Made by a program: the position numbers and the translations under genes. The notes beneath the pieces are model-generated. The model did not search any database. It worked only from the letters and a program-made list of their open reading frames with translations, and was not told the DNA's origin. A DNA stretch of 64,000 nt, taken from the NCBI GenBank assembly GCA_963761335.1, contig CAVXGR010000012.1, positions 736,001 to 800,000 on the forward strand, given 5' to 3'. Positions 1-10,502 of the stretch are shown piece after piece (position 1 is the stretch's first letter; each line of letters starts with the position of its first letter). This stretch comes from an uncultured delta proteobacterium (lineage in GTDB: Bacteria; Desulfobacterota; Binatia; HRBIN30; BPIQ01).

Positions 1-1692
1 GAGAGCGACCTGCTGCCGGTGGTGGTGCTGATCGGCGAGACGATGCCGCGTCGCGAGGACGCCGGGCTGATCGCCGCGGTGCGCCTCACGCGCGGCGCCG
101 GCGGCGGGCGCCGCCCCGCCGGCGTGCTCGAGGAGGTGCTCGGCGCCGCCGACGACCCGCGCGTGCAGTTCCTCGGCATCGTCTTCGAGCACGGCCTCCG
201 CCTCGAGTTTCCCGGCGAGGTCGAGGACGAGGTGTCGCAACTTCCCGCCGATCCGGCGCCGCAGGACTGCGCCGGGCGAGAGGATCTGCGAGACCTGCCG
301 TTCGTCACCATCGACGGCGAGACGGCGCGCGACTTCGACGACGCCGTCTGCCTCGAGGCGCGCCGCGGCGGCAGCGTTCTGCGCGTCGCCATCGCCGACG
401 TCTCCCACTACGTGCGACCCGGCTCGGCACTCGACGCCGAGGCGCTGCGGCGCGGCACCAGCGTCTACTTTCCCGATCGCGCCATTCCCATGCTGCCCGA
501 AGCGCTCTCGAGCCAGCTGTGCTCGCTCAACCCCGATCGCGATCGACTCGTTCAGGTGGCGGAGCTGACCTACGACGCGCAGGGCCAGCGCCTCGCATCC
601 CGCTTCTACCGCGGCGTCATCCGCAGCCGCGCCAGGCTCACCTACGGCAAGGTCGCCGCCGTGCTCTCGCAGACGCAGACCGGCGAGATCGACGCCTGGC
701 GCCGCGAGCTCGGCGCGCTGGTGGCACAGCTGCAGCAGATGCACCGGCTGATGACGCAGCTCTACCGCAGGCGCGTCGAGGCCGGGTCTCTCGACCTCGA
801 CCTGCCGGAGGCCCTCGTCGATCTCTCCGAGGAGGGACGCAGCATCGGCGTCCGCCTGTTCCGGCGCAACGACGCGCACCGCATCATCGAGGAGCTCATG
901 CTCGAGGCGAACGTCGCCGTCGCCACCTTCCTGCGCGAATGCAACGTGCCCTTCCCCTACCGCGTCCACGAGCCTCCGGACCCCAACGACGTCGACGAGC
1001 TCAACCAGCTCCTGCAGGTGTTCGGCATGAGCGTCCAGTACGACGGCCGCGTTCGCCCGCAAGACGTGCAGCGCCTACTGGCGCAGCTCGAGGGCCATGC
1101 GCTGTCGCGCGTGCTCTCGCGCTTCGTCCTGCGCTCGCTCACCCAGGCGCGCTACTCGACCGAGAACCTCGGCCACTTCGGCCTCGCCTTCCCGGTCTAC
1201 TGCCACTTCACCTCGCCCATCCGCCGCTACCCAGACCTCCTCGTACACCGCCAGCTGGGCCACATCTTCGACGATGCCCTCGCCGAGGCGCGCGCCGAGG
1301 AGAGCGCCCTCGAGGAGGAGAGCGTGCAGAGCTCGCAGCGCGAGCGCCAGGCGATGGAGGCCGAGCGCGCCATGCTCGACCTGAAGAAGGCCGAGTTCAT
1401 GCTCGGCCACCTCCTCGAGCCGCAGGCGGGCACCGTGGTCTCGGTGCTCAAGTTCGGGATGTTCGTCGAGCTCGACGCCTATCCGGTGGAGGGCCTGGTG
1501 CGCATCGACGATCTCGAGGACGATCGCTACGTCTTCCTCGACCGCGAGCAGGCCCTCAAGGGCCTCCGCAGCCGGCGGCGCTATCGCCTCGGCGACCGCC
1601 TGCTGGTCGAGGCCACCAACGTGTCGCTGCAGCGCCGCCAGATCGATCTCGCCGTGATCGAGCGATTGCCGTCAACGAGACGCGGCGTCTAA
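1..1692 (+). CDS. rnr: Ribonuclease R (RNB domain + C-terminal S1), 5' end outside window
   Basis: Motifs FVTIDGETARDFDDAV, RGTSVYFP, HFTSPIRRYPDL and a C-terminal S1 domain (GMFVEL..VEGLV); frame is open from base 1. Confidence 0.93.
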   Translation, partial: ESDLLPVVVLIGETMPRREDAGLIAAVRLTRGAGGGRRPAGVLEEVLGAADDPRVQFLGIVFEHGLRLEFPGEVEDEVSQLPADPAPQDCAGREDLRDLPFVTIDGETARDFDDAVCLEARRGGSVLRVAIADVSHYVRPGSALDAEALRRGTSVYFPDRAIPMLPEALSSQLCSLNPDRDRLVQVAELTYDAQGQRLASRFYRGVIRSRARLTYGKVAAVLSQTQTGEIDAWRRELGALVAQLQQMHRLMTQLYRRRVEAGSLDLDLPEALVDLSEEGRSIGVRLFRRNDAHRIIEELMLEANVAVATFLRECNVPFPYRVHEPPDPNDVDELNQLLQVFGMSVQYDGRVRPQDVQRLLAQLEGHALSRVLSRFVLRSLTQARYSTENLGHFGLAFPVYCHFTSPIRRYPDLLVHRQLGHIFDDALAEARAEESALEEESVQSSQRERQAMEAERAMLDLKKAEFMLGHLLEPQAGTVVSVLKFGMFVELDAYPVEGLVRIDDLEDDRYVFLDREQALKGLRSRRRYRLGDRLLVEATNVSLQRRQIDLAVIERLPSTRRGV

Positions 1693-1823
1693 AACCCGGG
1701 CCCGCGCCCGGGTCCCGTGCCCCTGCCCGGGTGAGCTCAGAGAGAGACCGGGCACGGGCGCGGGCAAAAAAGCGCTGGCAATTCCCCGGGTCCCTCTGCT
1801 AACCGAGCCACGGGGGATTTGCC

Positions 1824-2960
1824 ATGAAGATCGCGACCTTTGGGACAAGGGTGGCCGGGGTGTGCCTGCTGGCGGCACTGGCGGCCGGCTGCGGCGACGA
1901 AGACGCCGCAGCGCCAACCATCGACCAGACCGTTCACCTCAACCAGATTCAGGTGATCGGCACCCACAACAGCTATCATATCCAGCCGCGACCGGAGCTG
2001 TTCTCGGCACTGGTGGCCTTCGATTCCCAGTTCCTGCAGATCGAGTACACGCACCGGCCGCTCGACCAGCAGTTCGAAGAGCAGGACATCCGCCAGATCG
2101 AGATCGACGTCTTCGCCGATCCCAACGGCGGGCTCTACTCGAAGCGGCGCGTGCTGTCGGTGATCGGCGAGGACCCGAGCTCGGGCCTGCCGGAGCTGGA
2201 TCAGCCGGGGCTCAAGGTCCTGCACATCCAGGACGTCGACTTCGAGACCACCTGCCTCACCTTCGTCGACTGCCTCGAGACGGTGAAGCAATGGTCGGAC
2301 GCACATCCGCGGCACGTGCCGATCGCGATTCTGGTGGAGGCGAAAGACGACGCCATCATCGATCCTCTGAACCTCGGCTTCACCGTCCCCCTGCCCTTCG
2401 ACTCCGAGCAGTTCGACAACCTCGACGCCGAGATCCGTTCCGTGTTTCCGCCGCAGCAGCTGATCACCCCGGACGACGTGCGCGGCGAGCGCGACACCCT
2501 CGAGGAGGCGGTGCTGAACGACGGCTGGCCGACCCTCGGGGAATCGCGCGGCCGGGTGATGTTCCTGCTCGACAACGGCGGCAAGCGCGACATCTACCGC
2601 GACGGGCACCCGTCGCTGCGCGGTCGCATCCTGTTCACCAACTCCTCGCCCGGAGAGCCCGATGCCGCCTTCGTCGAGCAGAACGATCCGCTCGCCGATC
2701 CCAACCGCATCCCGGAGCTGGTGAGCGCCGGCTATGTGGTGCGCACGCGCGCCGACGCCGACACGGCCGAGGGGCGCAGCGGCGATACGACGACCCGCGA
2801 CGCCGCTCTCGCCAGCGGCGCGCAGTACGTCAGCACCGACTATCCGCCGGGAGACAACCCCTTCGGCACCGGTTACCTCGTCACTCTGCCGGACGGCCTG
2901 GTGGCTCGCTGCAACCCGATCAACGCGCCGCCGGAATGCATCTCGTCACAGCTCGAGTAG
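1824..2960 (+). CDS. Lipoprotein, PI-PLC-like phosphodiesterase
   Basis: Lipobox LAAGC; motifs GTHNSYH, RQIEIDV, GAQYVSTDYP typical of PI-PLC-like TIM barrels. Confidence 0.8.
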   Translation: MKIATFGTRVAGVCLLAALAAGCGDEDAAAPTIDQTVHLNQIQVIGTHNSYHIQPRPELFSALVAFDSQFLQIEYTHRPLDQQFEEQDIRQIEIDVFADPNGGLYSKRRVLSVIGEDPSSGLPELDQPGLKVLHIQDVDFETTCLTFVDCLETVKQWSDAHPRHVPIAILVEAKDDAIIDPLNLGFTVPLPFDSEQFDNLDAEIRSVFPPQQLITPDDVRGERDTLEEAVLNDGWPTLGESRGRVMFLLDNGGKRDIYRDGHPSLRGRILFTNSSPGEPDAAFVEQNDPLADPNRIPELVSAGYVVRTRADADTAEGRSGDTTTRDAALASGAQYVSTDYPPGDNPFGTGYLVTLPDGLVARCNPINAPPECISSQLE

Positions 2961-3052
2961 CGGCCACTCACAACAGCTTCTGCAGAGGAAAGCGGCCGCG
3001 CTTCTTCAGAAGAGGCGCCCACAGATCCTGCGCGAAGCTCGCCCGCGGCACC

Positions 3053-3676
3053 TCAGGCGGCCACCCCGAGTGGCTGGCGCGCCTGCAGGCGCGCCAGCGC
3101 CCGCACGGCGAGCGCCGCCAGCAGCATAGCGGCGAGTGGCGCGTAGGCCGGTGACTGCATCAGCGCCCGGGGCAGATAGCTGACCGAGAAGATCAGCCAG
3201 ATGTAGTAGCCGCCGGCCAGATGCAGCCGCCGCCAGGCCAGCGGCCCGAGCCAGCGGGCAGTGCGGTCGAAGGAGGTCGCCGTCATCGCGGCGATGAACG
3301 CATAGGCGATGCCTCCACCCACCAGCGCCGAGGCGCCGAGCTGGGGCGGGCTGTCGGCGACGCGCAGGAGCGCGACGATGGCCAGCAGATGGAGGAGATG
3401 CGAGTAGGCGAACGAGACGCCGAGATAGCGCCGGTTGCGCCGCATCCAGCGCGTCGCCGGTGACGGCCAGAGCCGCCGCAAAGAGGATGCCGTGAAGGCG
3501 CCGAGAAAGAGCACGAGCGAGGTGCGCGCCGTAGCGCGGATGAGCACGCGGACACCGGCCTCGCCGGCGCCGTAGGCGGCGAGCAGCGCCAGGCACATCG
3601 CCGTGAGCCCCAGAGCCGCGGCGCCGAAGAATCCCCAGCCGCCGGAGAAGCGCCGCCTTGCCCGCATCGCGTCCAT
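3053..3676 (-). CDS. Ferric-reductase-like transmembrane protein (MsrQ-like)
   Basis: RNRRYLGVSFAYSHLLH, ATSFD and WRRLHL motifs with several TM helices; start chosen at MDAMR. Confidence 0.75.
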   Translation of the reverse strand: MDAMRARRRFSGGWGFFGAAALGLTAMCLALLAAYGAGEAGVRVLIRATARTSLVLFLGAFTASSLRRLWPSPATRWMRRNRRYLGVSFAYSHLLHLLAIVALLRVADSPPQLGASALVGGGIAYAFIAAMTATSFDRTARWLGPLAWRRLHLAGGYYIWLIFSVSYLPRALMQSPAYAPLAAMLLAALAVRALARLQARQPLGVAA

Positions 3677-3857
3677 GCCGCCAGTCTCATCACAAAGGCC
3701 GTGCGCCGAAAAGGGCAGCGCCGCCGCTGCGTTTCCACGATCGCGCAAGAGCCCCGTGCGGGTGATCCCGGGCGCAGAGGCGGCAGTGCGGCTCTTCTCG
3801 TCTTGAGCTTGACGCACCCCGTTTGACGCAAGGTGGTATTCGGGGAATAGGAGGGGC

Positions 3858-4979
3858 ATGAAGTCCTTCTGGGCAATGGTGAGAAAGGAATTTCTCCACA
3901 TCGGCCGGGATCCGCAGCTGGTCGGATTCGTTCTCGGATTGCCGGTGCTACTGCTCATCCTCTTCGGCTATGCGCTGCGTCTGAAGGTCGACAACATGGC
4001 CCTCGACGTCGTCGACCAGGACCACTCGTTCTTCAGCACCGAGGTCAAGGACCGCCTGCGCAACGCCCACTTCGCGGTGCGCGAGGTGAAGACCGAGGAG
4101 GAGATCCGCAACGACCTCCGGCTGGGGCAGGCGCGGCTCGGGCTGATCATTCCCAAGGGCTTCACCCAGCGACTCACCGAGAACGAGCAGACCGACTTCC
4201 CGCTGCTGGTCGACGGCACCATGCCGACCCTGGCGCAGGCGGGGATGTACGGCGCCAGCACGCTCACCAGCGACGAGGCCATGGAAGGGTTGGTGTTCGT
4301 CGACGACCCCGACAAGCCGGCTCCGGTGATCCGCAAGCGCCCCATCAAGATCGTCCAGGAAGTCCTCTTCAATCCCGAGCTCCGCGACTCGGACTTCTTT
4401 CTGCCGGGCACCATCGGCATCGTCATCATGCTCGTCGTCCTCACCCTGTCGTCGGGCCTGGTCCGGGAGAAGGAGCAGGCCACCATCGAGCAGCTGCTGG
4501 TGACGCCGATCTCGCGCTTCTCGCTGATCGCCGGCAAGATGATTCCCTACGGCATCATCGCCGCCGCCGACTTCGTGGTCGTCTCCCTGCTGGCGCGCTT
4601 CATCTTCGCCCTGCCCTTCAACGGCGGCCTCGGCCCGCTGATCGTGCTCTCGCTGCTGTTCATCCTGGCGCTACTGGCCCTGGGCGCGCTCATCTCGACG
4701 ATCTCGGCGACGCAGCTGCAGGCGAACTTCATGGCCGTCTTCGTCATCGTGCCGTCGGTGTTGATGTCGGGCTTCGTCTTCCCGCTGGAGGCCATTCCGC
4801 ACTGGCTGCAGCCGGTCGCCTGGAGCCTGCCGATGACCTACTTCGTCGAAGGCATTCGCGGCTTCACCCTCAAGGGCACCACCTTCATGGAGCAGGGCCG
4901 CGATTTTCTCGCCCTGGCGGGCTTCATGGCGCTGTTCACGACGGTCAGCCTGGCGCGTTTCCGCAAGCAGCTGGCCTAG
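3858..4979 (+). CDS. ABC-2 type transporter permease
   Basis: KEFLHIGRD start, REKEQATIEQLLVTP, SGFVFPLEAIP motifs. Confidence 0.9.
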   Translation: MKSFWAMVRKEFLHIGRDPQLVGFVLGLPVLLLILFGYALRLKVDNMALDVVDQDHSFFSTEVKDRLRNAHFAVREVKTEEEIRNDLRLGQARLGLIIPKGFTQRLTENEQTDFPLLVDGTMPTLAQAGMYGASTLTSDEAMEGLVFVDDPDKPAPVIRKRPIKIVQEVLFNPELRDSDFFLPGTIGIVIMLVVLTLSSGLVREKEQATIEQLLVTPISRFSLIAGKMIPYGIIAAADFVVVSLLARFIFALPFNGGLGPLIVLSLLFILALLALGALISTISATQLQANFMAVFVIVPSVLMSGFVFPLEAIPHWLQPVAWSLPMTYFVEGIRGFTLKGTTFMEQGRDFLALAGFMALFTTVSLARFRKQLA

Positions 4980-4998
4980 CGATAGCGGGGAGGAGAGC

Positions 4999-5676
4999 AT
5001 GTCGGCGGTTCTTCAGGACGAGCGGCGCTTCGCCAAGGACACGGTGATCTTCCGCCAGGGGGATTCCGGACACGAGATGTTCGTCATCTCGGAGGGAAAG
5101 GTCAGATTGACGATCGAGGCGGAGGGGCACGAGCGCGAGGTCGGCGTCTTCGGCCGCGGCGAGTTCTTCGGCGAGCTCTCCCTGCTCACCGGAGCCGAGC
5201 GCTCGGCAACGGCGGTGGCGGTGGAGGACTCCGTGCTGCTGATCATCGGCCGCGACGTCTTCGCCATGATGGTGCAGGATGACCTCGACATCGTCTTCAG
5301 CATGCTCAACATCCAGGGACGGCGGCTGACGCGCACCAACGAGCCGATCCACGAGCTGCTGCAGTGTCTGGCGCACATCCGCATCGCCGCCCACGGCCTG
5401 CGCCAGCTGCGGCACACCGAGGCGCCCGCCCTGAGCTTGGAGATCGCCCAGGTGGCCGCCGATCTGCAGCTCAATCCCGGGGTGGTGGAAGCGGCGGTGA
5501 GTGAGCTCGTCGAGTCCGGCGTGGGCGCCGTCCGGGACGGCAAGTGGAAGGTGCGCCGCGAGGACAGCGGTCCGCTGCTCGACGCTCTCTACCGCTATGC
5601 CGAGACTACCGCGGCACGCAATCGCGGCGCCGTCAGCGCGCCTCCGCCTCCGCCTTCAGATCCATCTGCCGGGTGA
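4999..5676 (+). CDS. Cyclic-nucleotide-binding protein, Crp/Fnr-like
   Basis: IFRQGD, GEFFGELSLL, RSATAVA cNMP motifs; possible C-terminal HTH. Confidence 0.8.
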   Translation: MSAVLQDERRFAKDTVIFRQGDSGHEMFVISEGKVRLTIEAEGHEREVGVFGRGEFFGELSLLTGAERSATAVAVEDSVLLIIGRDVFAMMVQDDLDIVFSMLNIQGRRLTRTNEPIHELLQCLAHIRIAAHGLRQLRHTEAPALSLEIAQVAADLQLNPGVVEAAVSELVESGVGAVRDGKWKVRREDSGPLLDALYRYAETTAARNRGAVSAPPPPPSDPSAG

Positions 5677-6646
5677 AGCTGACGAAGATGTCCTCCAGGG
5701 TCGGGTAGACCGAGTGGATGGTGAGCACCTCGATGTTCGCCGCCAGCAACCGCTTGCGCAGCACGTCCATGACCATGGCGCGCCGCGCCGCGACCGAGAA
5801 CGAGGTGAAGGAATCGCCTTCGGGCTCCTCCGGAGGCAGGTCCTTCAGGCGCACGTGGAGCGCCTGTCCGAAGACGCTGACGTCGTCGACGAATGGCGCG
5901 TCGCGCAGCACGGCGAGCGCCGGCATCAGCGGCTGACAGATGATCTCCATCCGCCGGTGCGTGGTGGCGATCTCGTCGCGCTTCATCGAGTTCGGATCGC
6001 CGCTCACCAGCAGGGTACCGAAATAGATGTAGGCCGCCAGCGTGCAGCGCTCCGCCTCGTCCATGTAGTGCGTGGTGACGAAGAGCGTCGTGCCCTCCTG
6101 GGCCAGGCGGAAGAGCAGGTCCCAGAGCAGCCGGCGAGCCACCGGGTCGACGCCCGCCGTGGGCTCGTCGAGAAAGAGAATCTTGGGCTGATGGATGAGG
6201 GCGCAGGCCAACGCCAGCCGCTGCTTGAGCCCTCCCGAGAGGCTGCCCGAGGCCTGCCCCTCGCGGCCCTCGAGGCCGCAGAGGCGCAGCAGGTCGCGCT
6301 TGCGACCCTCGGCCTCCGCTTCCGGCACCCGGTAGACGTCGCCGAAGAAATTGAGGTTCTCGCGCACGGAGAGGTCCGGATAGAGGCTGAAGCGCTGTGA
6401 CACGTAGCCGATGCTGCGCTTGATCTGCTCCGGCTCGCGCGACACGTCGTAGCCGCCGACCGTGGCGCGCCCCGAGGTCGGCGCCAGCAGCCCGCAGAGC
6501 ATGCGGATGAGCGTCGTCTTGCCCGAGCCGTTCGGCCCGAGCAGGCCGAAGATCTCGCCGTTCGGCACGGTCAGCGTCAGGTCCTTCACGGCTTCGCGGT
6601 CGCCGAAGCGTTTGCTGAGGTGCTCGATGACAATGGCGTCGGCCAT
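5633..6646 (-). CDS. ABC transporter ATP-binding protein
   Basis: Walker A GPNGSGKT, signature LSGGLKQR, Walker B LFLDEPT, TTH switch. Confidence 0.93.
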   Translation of the reverse strand: MADAIVIEHLSKRFGDREAVKDLTLTVPNGEIFGLLGPNGSGKTTLIRMLCGLLAPTSGRATVGGYDVSREPEQIKRSIGYVSQRFSLYPDLSVRENLNFFGDVYRVPEAEAEGRKRDLLRLCGLEGREGQASGSLSGGLKQRLALACALIHQPKILFLDEPTAGVDPVARRLLWDLLFRLAQEGTTLFVTTHYMDEAERCTLAAYIYFGTLLVSGDPNSMKRDEIATTHRRMEIICQPLMPALAVLRDAPFVDDVSVFGQALHVRLKDLPPEEPEGDSFTSFSVAARRAMVMDVLRKRLLAANIEVLTIHSVYPTLEDIFVSFTRQMDLKAEAEAR

Positions 6647-6764
6647 TTTTTCTCCTAACGACTCACTGTCTCAAAAGGCGCGCGATGACAGAAGAGAGTT
6701 GCGACGGGGCCGCTTATACACAGCCCCCGCCCCGCTGCCAAGCAGGGTGCTCGGCAGTTACCTC

Positions 6765-6982
6765 CTGCCCGCCTCGCGCAAGGGTCTCCTCTCCCCGCAT
6801 CTTTTCGCGGGGAGAGGATCAAGGCGAGGGGTTCCTTCATCACTGAGAGTTCACGACTTCTGCGGCGTCACCCTGCCCCTCTGCCGCGAAACGATGCGGG
6901 AGAGGGAACCCGGGCCCGCAGCGGCGTGAAGTCGAGGGGCAGTCATCGTCAATGGGGCGCATCCCGCAAAATAGGACAGCAC
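6765..6982. repeat. MITE-like palindromic repeat, copy 1
   Basis: Reverse complement aligns by eye over about 200 bp with 48601-48830; contains CCTCTCCCC..GGGGAGAGG hairpins; right end TAGGACAGCAC; left end uncertain. Confidence 0.8.
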
Positions 6983-7050
6983 TGCTCGGTGCCAGTTGAT
7001 TCCGGGGCGCTCCCATCCTCCGGGGGTAGCGGGGGCGACGCCGCCGCAGC

Positions 7051-8025
7051 CTACGGCGCCACCACGATCTTGCCGTAGCTCTGCCGCGAGCCGAGCGCCT
7101 CGAGAGCGCTCGGAAGTTGCTCCAGGGGAAAGGTCTTGAAGATCACCGGGCGGATGGCGCCCTGGTCGTAGAGAGCGAAGAGGGCGGCGAAGGTCTCCTG
7201 AATGCGCTGCGGCTCGTTGACGGCATAGGCCCCCCAGTGGAGCCCGATCACCGAAATGTTCTTGAGCAGGATGCGGTTCGCCTTCACCTCGGGAATGCGC
7301 CCGCTGGCGAAGCCGATCACCAGCAGGCGTCCAGACCAGGCGATGCACTTGAGCGATCCGTCGAAGACGTCGCCGCCAACCGAGTCGTAGATGACGTCGG
7401 CGCCGCGGCCGCCGGTAACCTCGCGCACGCGATCGACCCAGCTCTCAGCGCGGTAGTCGATGAGCTCGTCGGCGCCGGCACGGCGCGCCACCGCGAGCTT
7501 GTCGGGGCCACCCGCGGTGGCGATGACCCGGGCACCCAGGGCCTTGCCGATCTGCACCGCGGCAATGCCGACGCCTCCGGCGGCAGCGTGCACCAGCAGC
7601 GTCTCCCCGGGGCGGAGGCCGGCGCGGTAGACCAGGGCCGCGTGCGAGGTGGGATAGACGATGGGGAATCCCGCCGCCTCCTCGAACGACATCGCCGCCG
7701 GCATCTTCCAGGCGCTGCGCGCCGGCACCACAGCGCGCTCGGCGAATCCGCCGGTCGAAACCGAGGCGAGGACGCGGTCGCCGACGCGGAATCCGGAGAC
7801 GCCGACTCCCACCTCGCGGACCGTCCCCGCCAGCTCGCCCCCCGGAATGAAGGGCAGCGGCGGCTTGACCTGGTAACGCCCCTGCACCAGCAGGATGTCG
7901 AAGAAGTTGCAGCCCGCGGCGCGCACCTCGACGCCCAGGGTTCCAGCCGAGACCTGCGGGTCCGCAGCCTCGCGGACCTGCAGCTCGCGCGGCTCCATGA
8001 GGCGATCGACGACGATGGCTCGCAT
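7051..8025 (-). CDS. NADPH:quinone oxidoreductase family (MDR) protein
   Basis: PFIPGGE, HAAAGGVG, GADVIYDSVGG, GFASG motifs. Confidence 0.9.
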   Translation of the reverse strand: MRAIVVDRLMEPRELQVREAADPQVSAGTLGVEVRAAGCNFFDILLVQGRYQVKPPLPFIPGGELAGTVREVGVGVSGFRVGDRVLASVSTGGFAERAVVPARSAWKMPAAMSFEEAAGFPIVYPTSHAALVYRAGLRPGETLLVHAAAGGVGIAAVQIGKALGARVIATAGGPDKLAVARRAGADELIDYRAESWVDRVREVTGGRGADVIYDSVGGDVFDGSLKCIAWSGRLLVIGFASGRIPEVKANRILLKNISVIGLHWGAYAVNEPQRIQETFAALFALYDQGAIRPVIFKTFPLEQLPSALEALGSRQSYGKIVVAP

Positions 8026-8031
8026 CGGGGC

Positions 8032-9327
8032 TCACCCCACGTAGCGATCGATCGACTCGCGCAGGGTGCGCAACGTCCAGGCACGCTTGGCGTCGTCGGA
8101 CTCGAGGAGGGTGATGCGAAACCCGTGATGCTCGCTCTGGAAGCCAGTGAGCGGCACGACGACGATGCCGGTGGCGCCCATCAGGTAATAGACGAAGCGC
8201 TTGTCGGGCGCCACGCCGTGCACCATCTGCTCGATGCGCTCGCGCACGGCGCGATTGTCGATGGGCAGGCTCTGGCGATCATCGAGGGCTCCGTCCTTGA
8301 ACATCACGGTGAAGTAGAAGGCGCCACCCGGCTTGTTGGCGACGATGCTGTCGCACCCCGCGAAGGCCGCCATGGCCTCGTCGGCGCGGCGATTGAAGAG
8401 GAGCTCCCGGCGGCGCAGGTGCTCGGCGTATCGCGGATCCCCCATGACTCTCGGGATCGACATCTGCGGCAGCGTCGTGCTCGAGACCTCCAGGCGCTTG
8501 GCGGCCAGGAGGCTGGCACAGTAGCGGGAGAAGTTCTCATCGCGGTTGCGATTGAGCACCTCGATCCAGCCGCACCGGGAGCCCGGCCACGGGTACTCCT
8601 TGCTGATGCCGCGCATGGCGATCGCCGGCACGTCGCCGACCCACTCGCTGGCGTGCATGCGCGCCCCGTCGTAGACGATGTGGGCGTAGATCTCGTCAGT
8701 AATGATGAAGCAGTCGTACTGGCGGGCGATCTCGGCGATCTCCTCGAGCAGTGCGCGCGGGTAGACCGCTCCCGTGGGGTTGTCCGGAGTGAGCAGCAAG
8801 ATTCCCGCGATCGAGTCGTTGTACTTCACCTTCATGCGGATATCGTCGACGTCCGGCATCCAACCGTTGTAGGGGTCGAGATCGTAGGTGAGATGGCGGT
8901 AGCCGCTGCTGGCCGACTCGGCCGAGCTGTGGGTGCTGTAGGCAGGGGACGGGCCGAGCACGCGCGCCTCGCGGCGCAGCTGGCCATAGACCTTGGAGAC
9001 GGCGTCGCCGAGGCCGTTGAAGAAGAGGATGTCGGACGGGGAGATGTGCACGCCGCCGGGGCGCTCGTTGACCTTGGCGGCCAGGAACTCGCGCGTGGCG
9101 GGGACCCCCTCGGTGTCGCAGTACGCCCACGAGCGCGGCTCGTCGACCAGCTCACAGACGATCTGGCGAATCCAGTCCGGCGGGGTCTCGCCCTTCTGGA
9201 CCGGATCGCCGATGTTCTCCCAGGTCATCTCGACCCCGAGGTCGCCGAGCTGCCGCCCCACGGCGACGATCTCGCGAATCTCGTACGTCAGATTCCCCGC
9301 TCCCACGTGCACGATGTCGCGTCGCAT
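8032..9327 (-). CDS. PLP-dependent aminotransferase class I/II (AlaA-like)
   Basis: NIGDP, PDNPTG, DEIY, GISKEYPWPGSRCGW motifs. Confidence 0.88.
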   Translation of the reverse strand: MRRDIVHVGAGNLTYEIREIVAVGRQLGDLGVEMTWENIGDPVQKGETPPDWIRQIVCELVDEPRSWAYCDTEGVPATREFLAAKVNERPGGVHISPSDILFFNGLGDAVSKVYGQLRREARVLGPSPAYSTHSSAESASSGYRHLTYDLDPYNGWMPDVDDIRMKVKYNDSIAGILLLTPDNPTGAVYPRALLEEIAEIARQYDCFIITDEIYAHIVYDGARMHASEWVGDVPAIAMRGISKEYPWPGSRCGWIEVLNRNRDENFSRYCASLLAAKRLEVSSTTLPQMSIPRVMGDPRYAEHLRRRELLFNRRADEAMAAFAGCDSIVANKPGGAFYFTVMFKDGALDDRQSLPIDNRAVRERIEQMVHGVAPDKRFVYYLMGATGIVVVPLTGFQSEHHGFRITLLESDDAKRAWTLRTLRESIDRYVG

Positions 9328-9796
9328 GATCCGATCTTCCCTAGCCGTTCTCCGCCCGCGTTGGTAGAGGGGGCGGCCCCGCCGATCACCCCACGTCGGT
9401 CGGCGGCAAATGGCGGTTGGCCCCGAGACGCACGAGCCGAAACTGGGAAAACCCCTCGACGATTAGGGGAAATCCCCAACTACACCGAGGCGGCCGCGCC
9501 TGCTAGCTTGCCATTTCGATGACCGTACAAAAAATGGCTCAGCAGAGAGTGACGCCGCCCGACTTCGGGGGGACGCAGGCGCAAACAACCGGCAGCAGAG
9601 CGGCAGCCGAAAGGTCCTCCCCGGACGGGGCGCCGCCGCCGCTTCTCGATGGCATGCCGCTCGACGGCTATCCGTTGATCCGCAGCCTGCTGCGCGAGCT
9701 GAAGGAGATGGAGAGCGCCGCACAGGAAAACCCGGATGGTTCCGGCGGGCGTCCTGCCCCGGCGCTTGCGCGGGTGCCGCTCAGGGGAGAGAAGAG

Positions 9797-9869
9797 AGGC
9801 GGCGAGCGGATTCGAACCGCTGAATGGAGGTTTTGCAGACCTCTCCCTTAACCACTTGGGTACGCCGCC
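9797..9869 (-). tRNA. tRNA-Cys(GCA)
   Basis: Minus strand GGCGGCGTACCCAAGTGGTTAAGGGAGAGGTCTGCAAAACCTCC...GGTTCGAATCCGCTCGCCGCCT folds as a cloverleaf; anticodon GCA; CCA not encoded. Confidence 0.96.
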
Positions 9870-10002
9870 GTGCCCGTCTCAGCTAACACACGCTCCCACG
9901 CCGATCAACGCCGCCGAAGGCAGCGCCTGAGGCTGGGGCGCACCCGATTCGAAAGACTCTCCTCTGCGGTTCTGCAATCTGCGCTCGGCGAGCGCCGCCG
10001 AA

Positions 10003-10227
10003 TCATTCCGGGGCGCGGCCGCGGCGGGAGCCTTTGCCTCCCTCGAAGCGATCGAGCCCTTCATTGAGCAGCGCCACGACCACCTCGGCCTTGCCGCTGC
10101 CCAGCCGCCGCACCAGCTCGTCGACCCGCTCGATCAACTGCACCGGCAAGCGCACCGATAGAAGCTTCAGGGAGCCCTGGCGACCGCGATTTGCGAGGTC
10201 GGTCAAACGCAGATTCTTTGCAACCAT
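10003..10227 (-). CDS. Small protein, possible ribbon-helix-helix DNA-binding protein
   Basis: LLSVRLPVQLIERVDEL..KAEVVVALLNEGL has a beta-helix-helix pattern; purine-rich RBS-like sequence upstream. Confidence 0.55.
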   Translation of the reverse strand: MVAKNLRLTDLANRGRQGSLKLLSVRLPVQLIERVDELVRRLGSGKAEVVVALLNEGLDRFEGGKGSRRGRAPE

Positions 10228-10502
10228 CCTATCTTCCTACCCCCGGGGATATTTGTTGCCGCTTCGGTGTCAAAAGTTAGCAAAGCAGCCCTGAAACGCA
10301 AGCCGCTAGCTCCGACGTGTCGTCCCCGCTTGACGTTTCGTCCCACTCCGCCGCTAGTCCGTTTAAAAACAGGGCGGCTGTTCTTCAACGGGCTGCCAGG
10401 ACGTCGACGGACGGCAGAGAGAATCACGTTGCTTTCGCCCCCATGCGCATATAGCGTCGCGTCTCCCGGAGCGGGAGACGCCAACGAAAGGAGAACGGCG
10501 CA

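Noticed and set aside
1695..1772. GC-rich GCCCG(C/T)-type palindrome after rnr as a terminator
   Set aside because: A hairpin is possible but there is no U tract on the rnr strand; function unsupported
7117..9522. 801-aa plus-strand ORF and similar long ORFs (24704-26233, 39804-41444, 57658-59178, 22622-24391)
   Set aside because: Antisense shadows of well-supported genes in high-GC DNA; no recognisable motifs
9519..9851. 110-aa plus-strand ORF
   Set aside because: Runs antisense into tRNA-Cys and has no recognisable domain; a short real gene cannot be excluded
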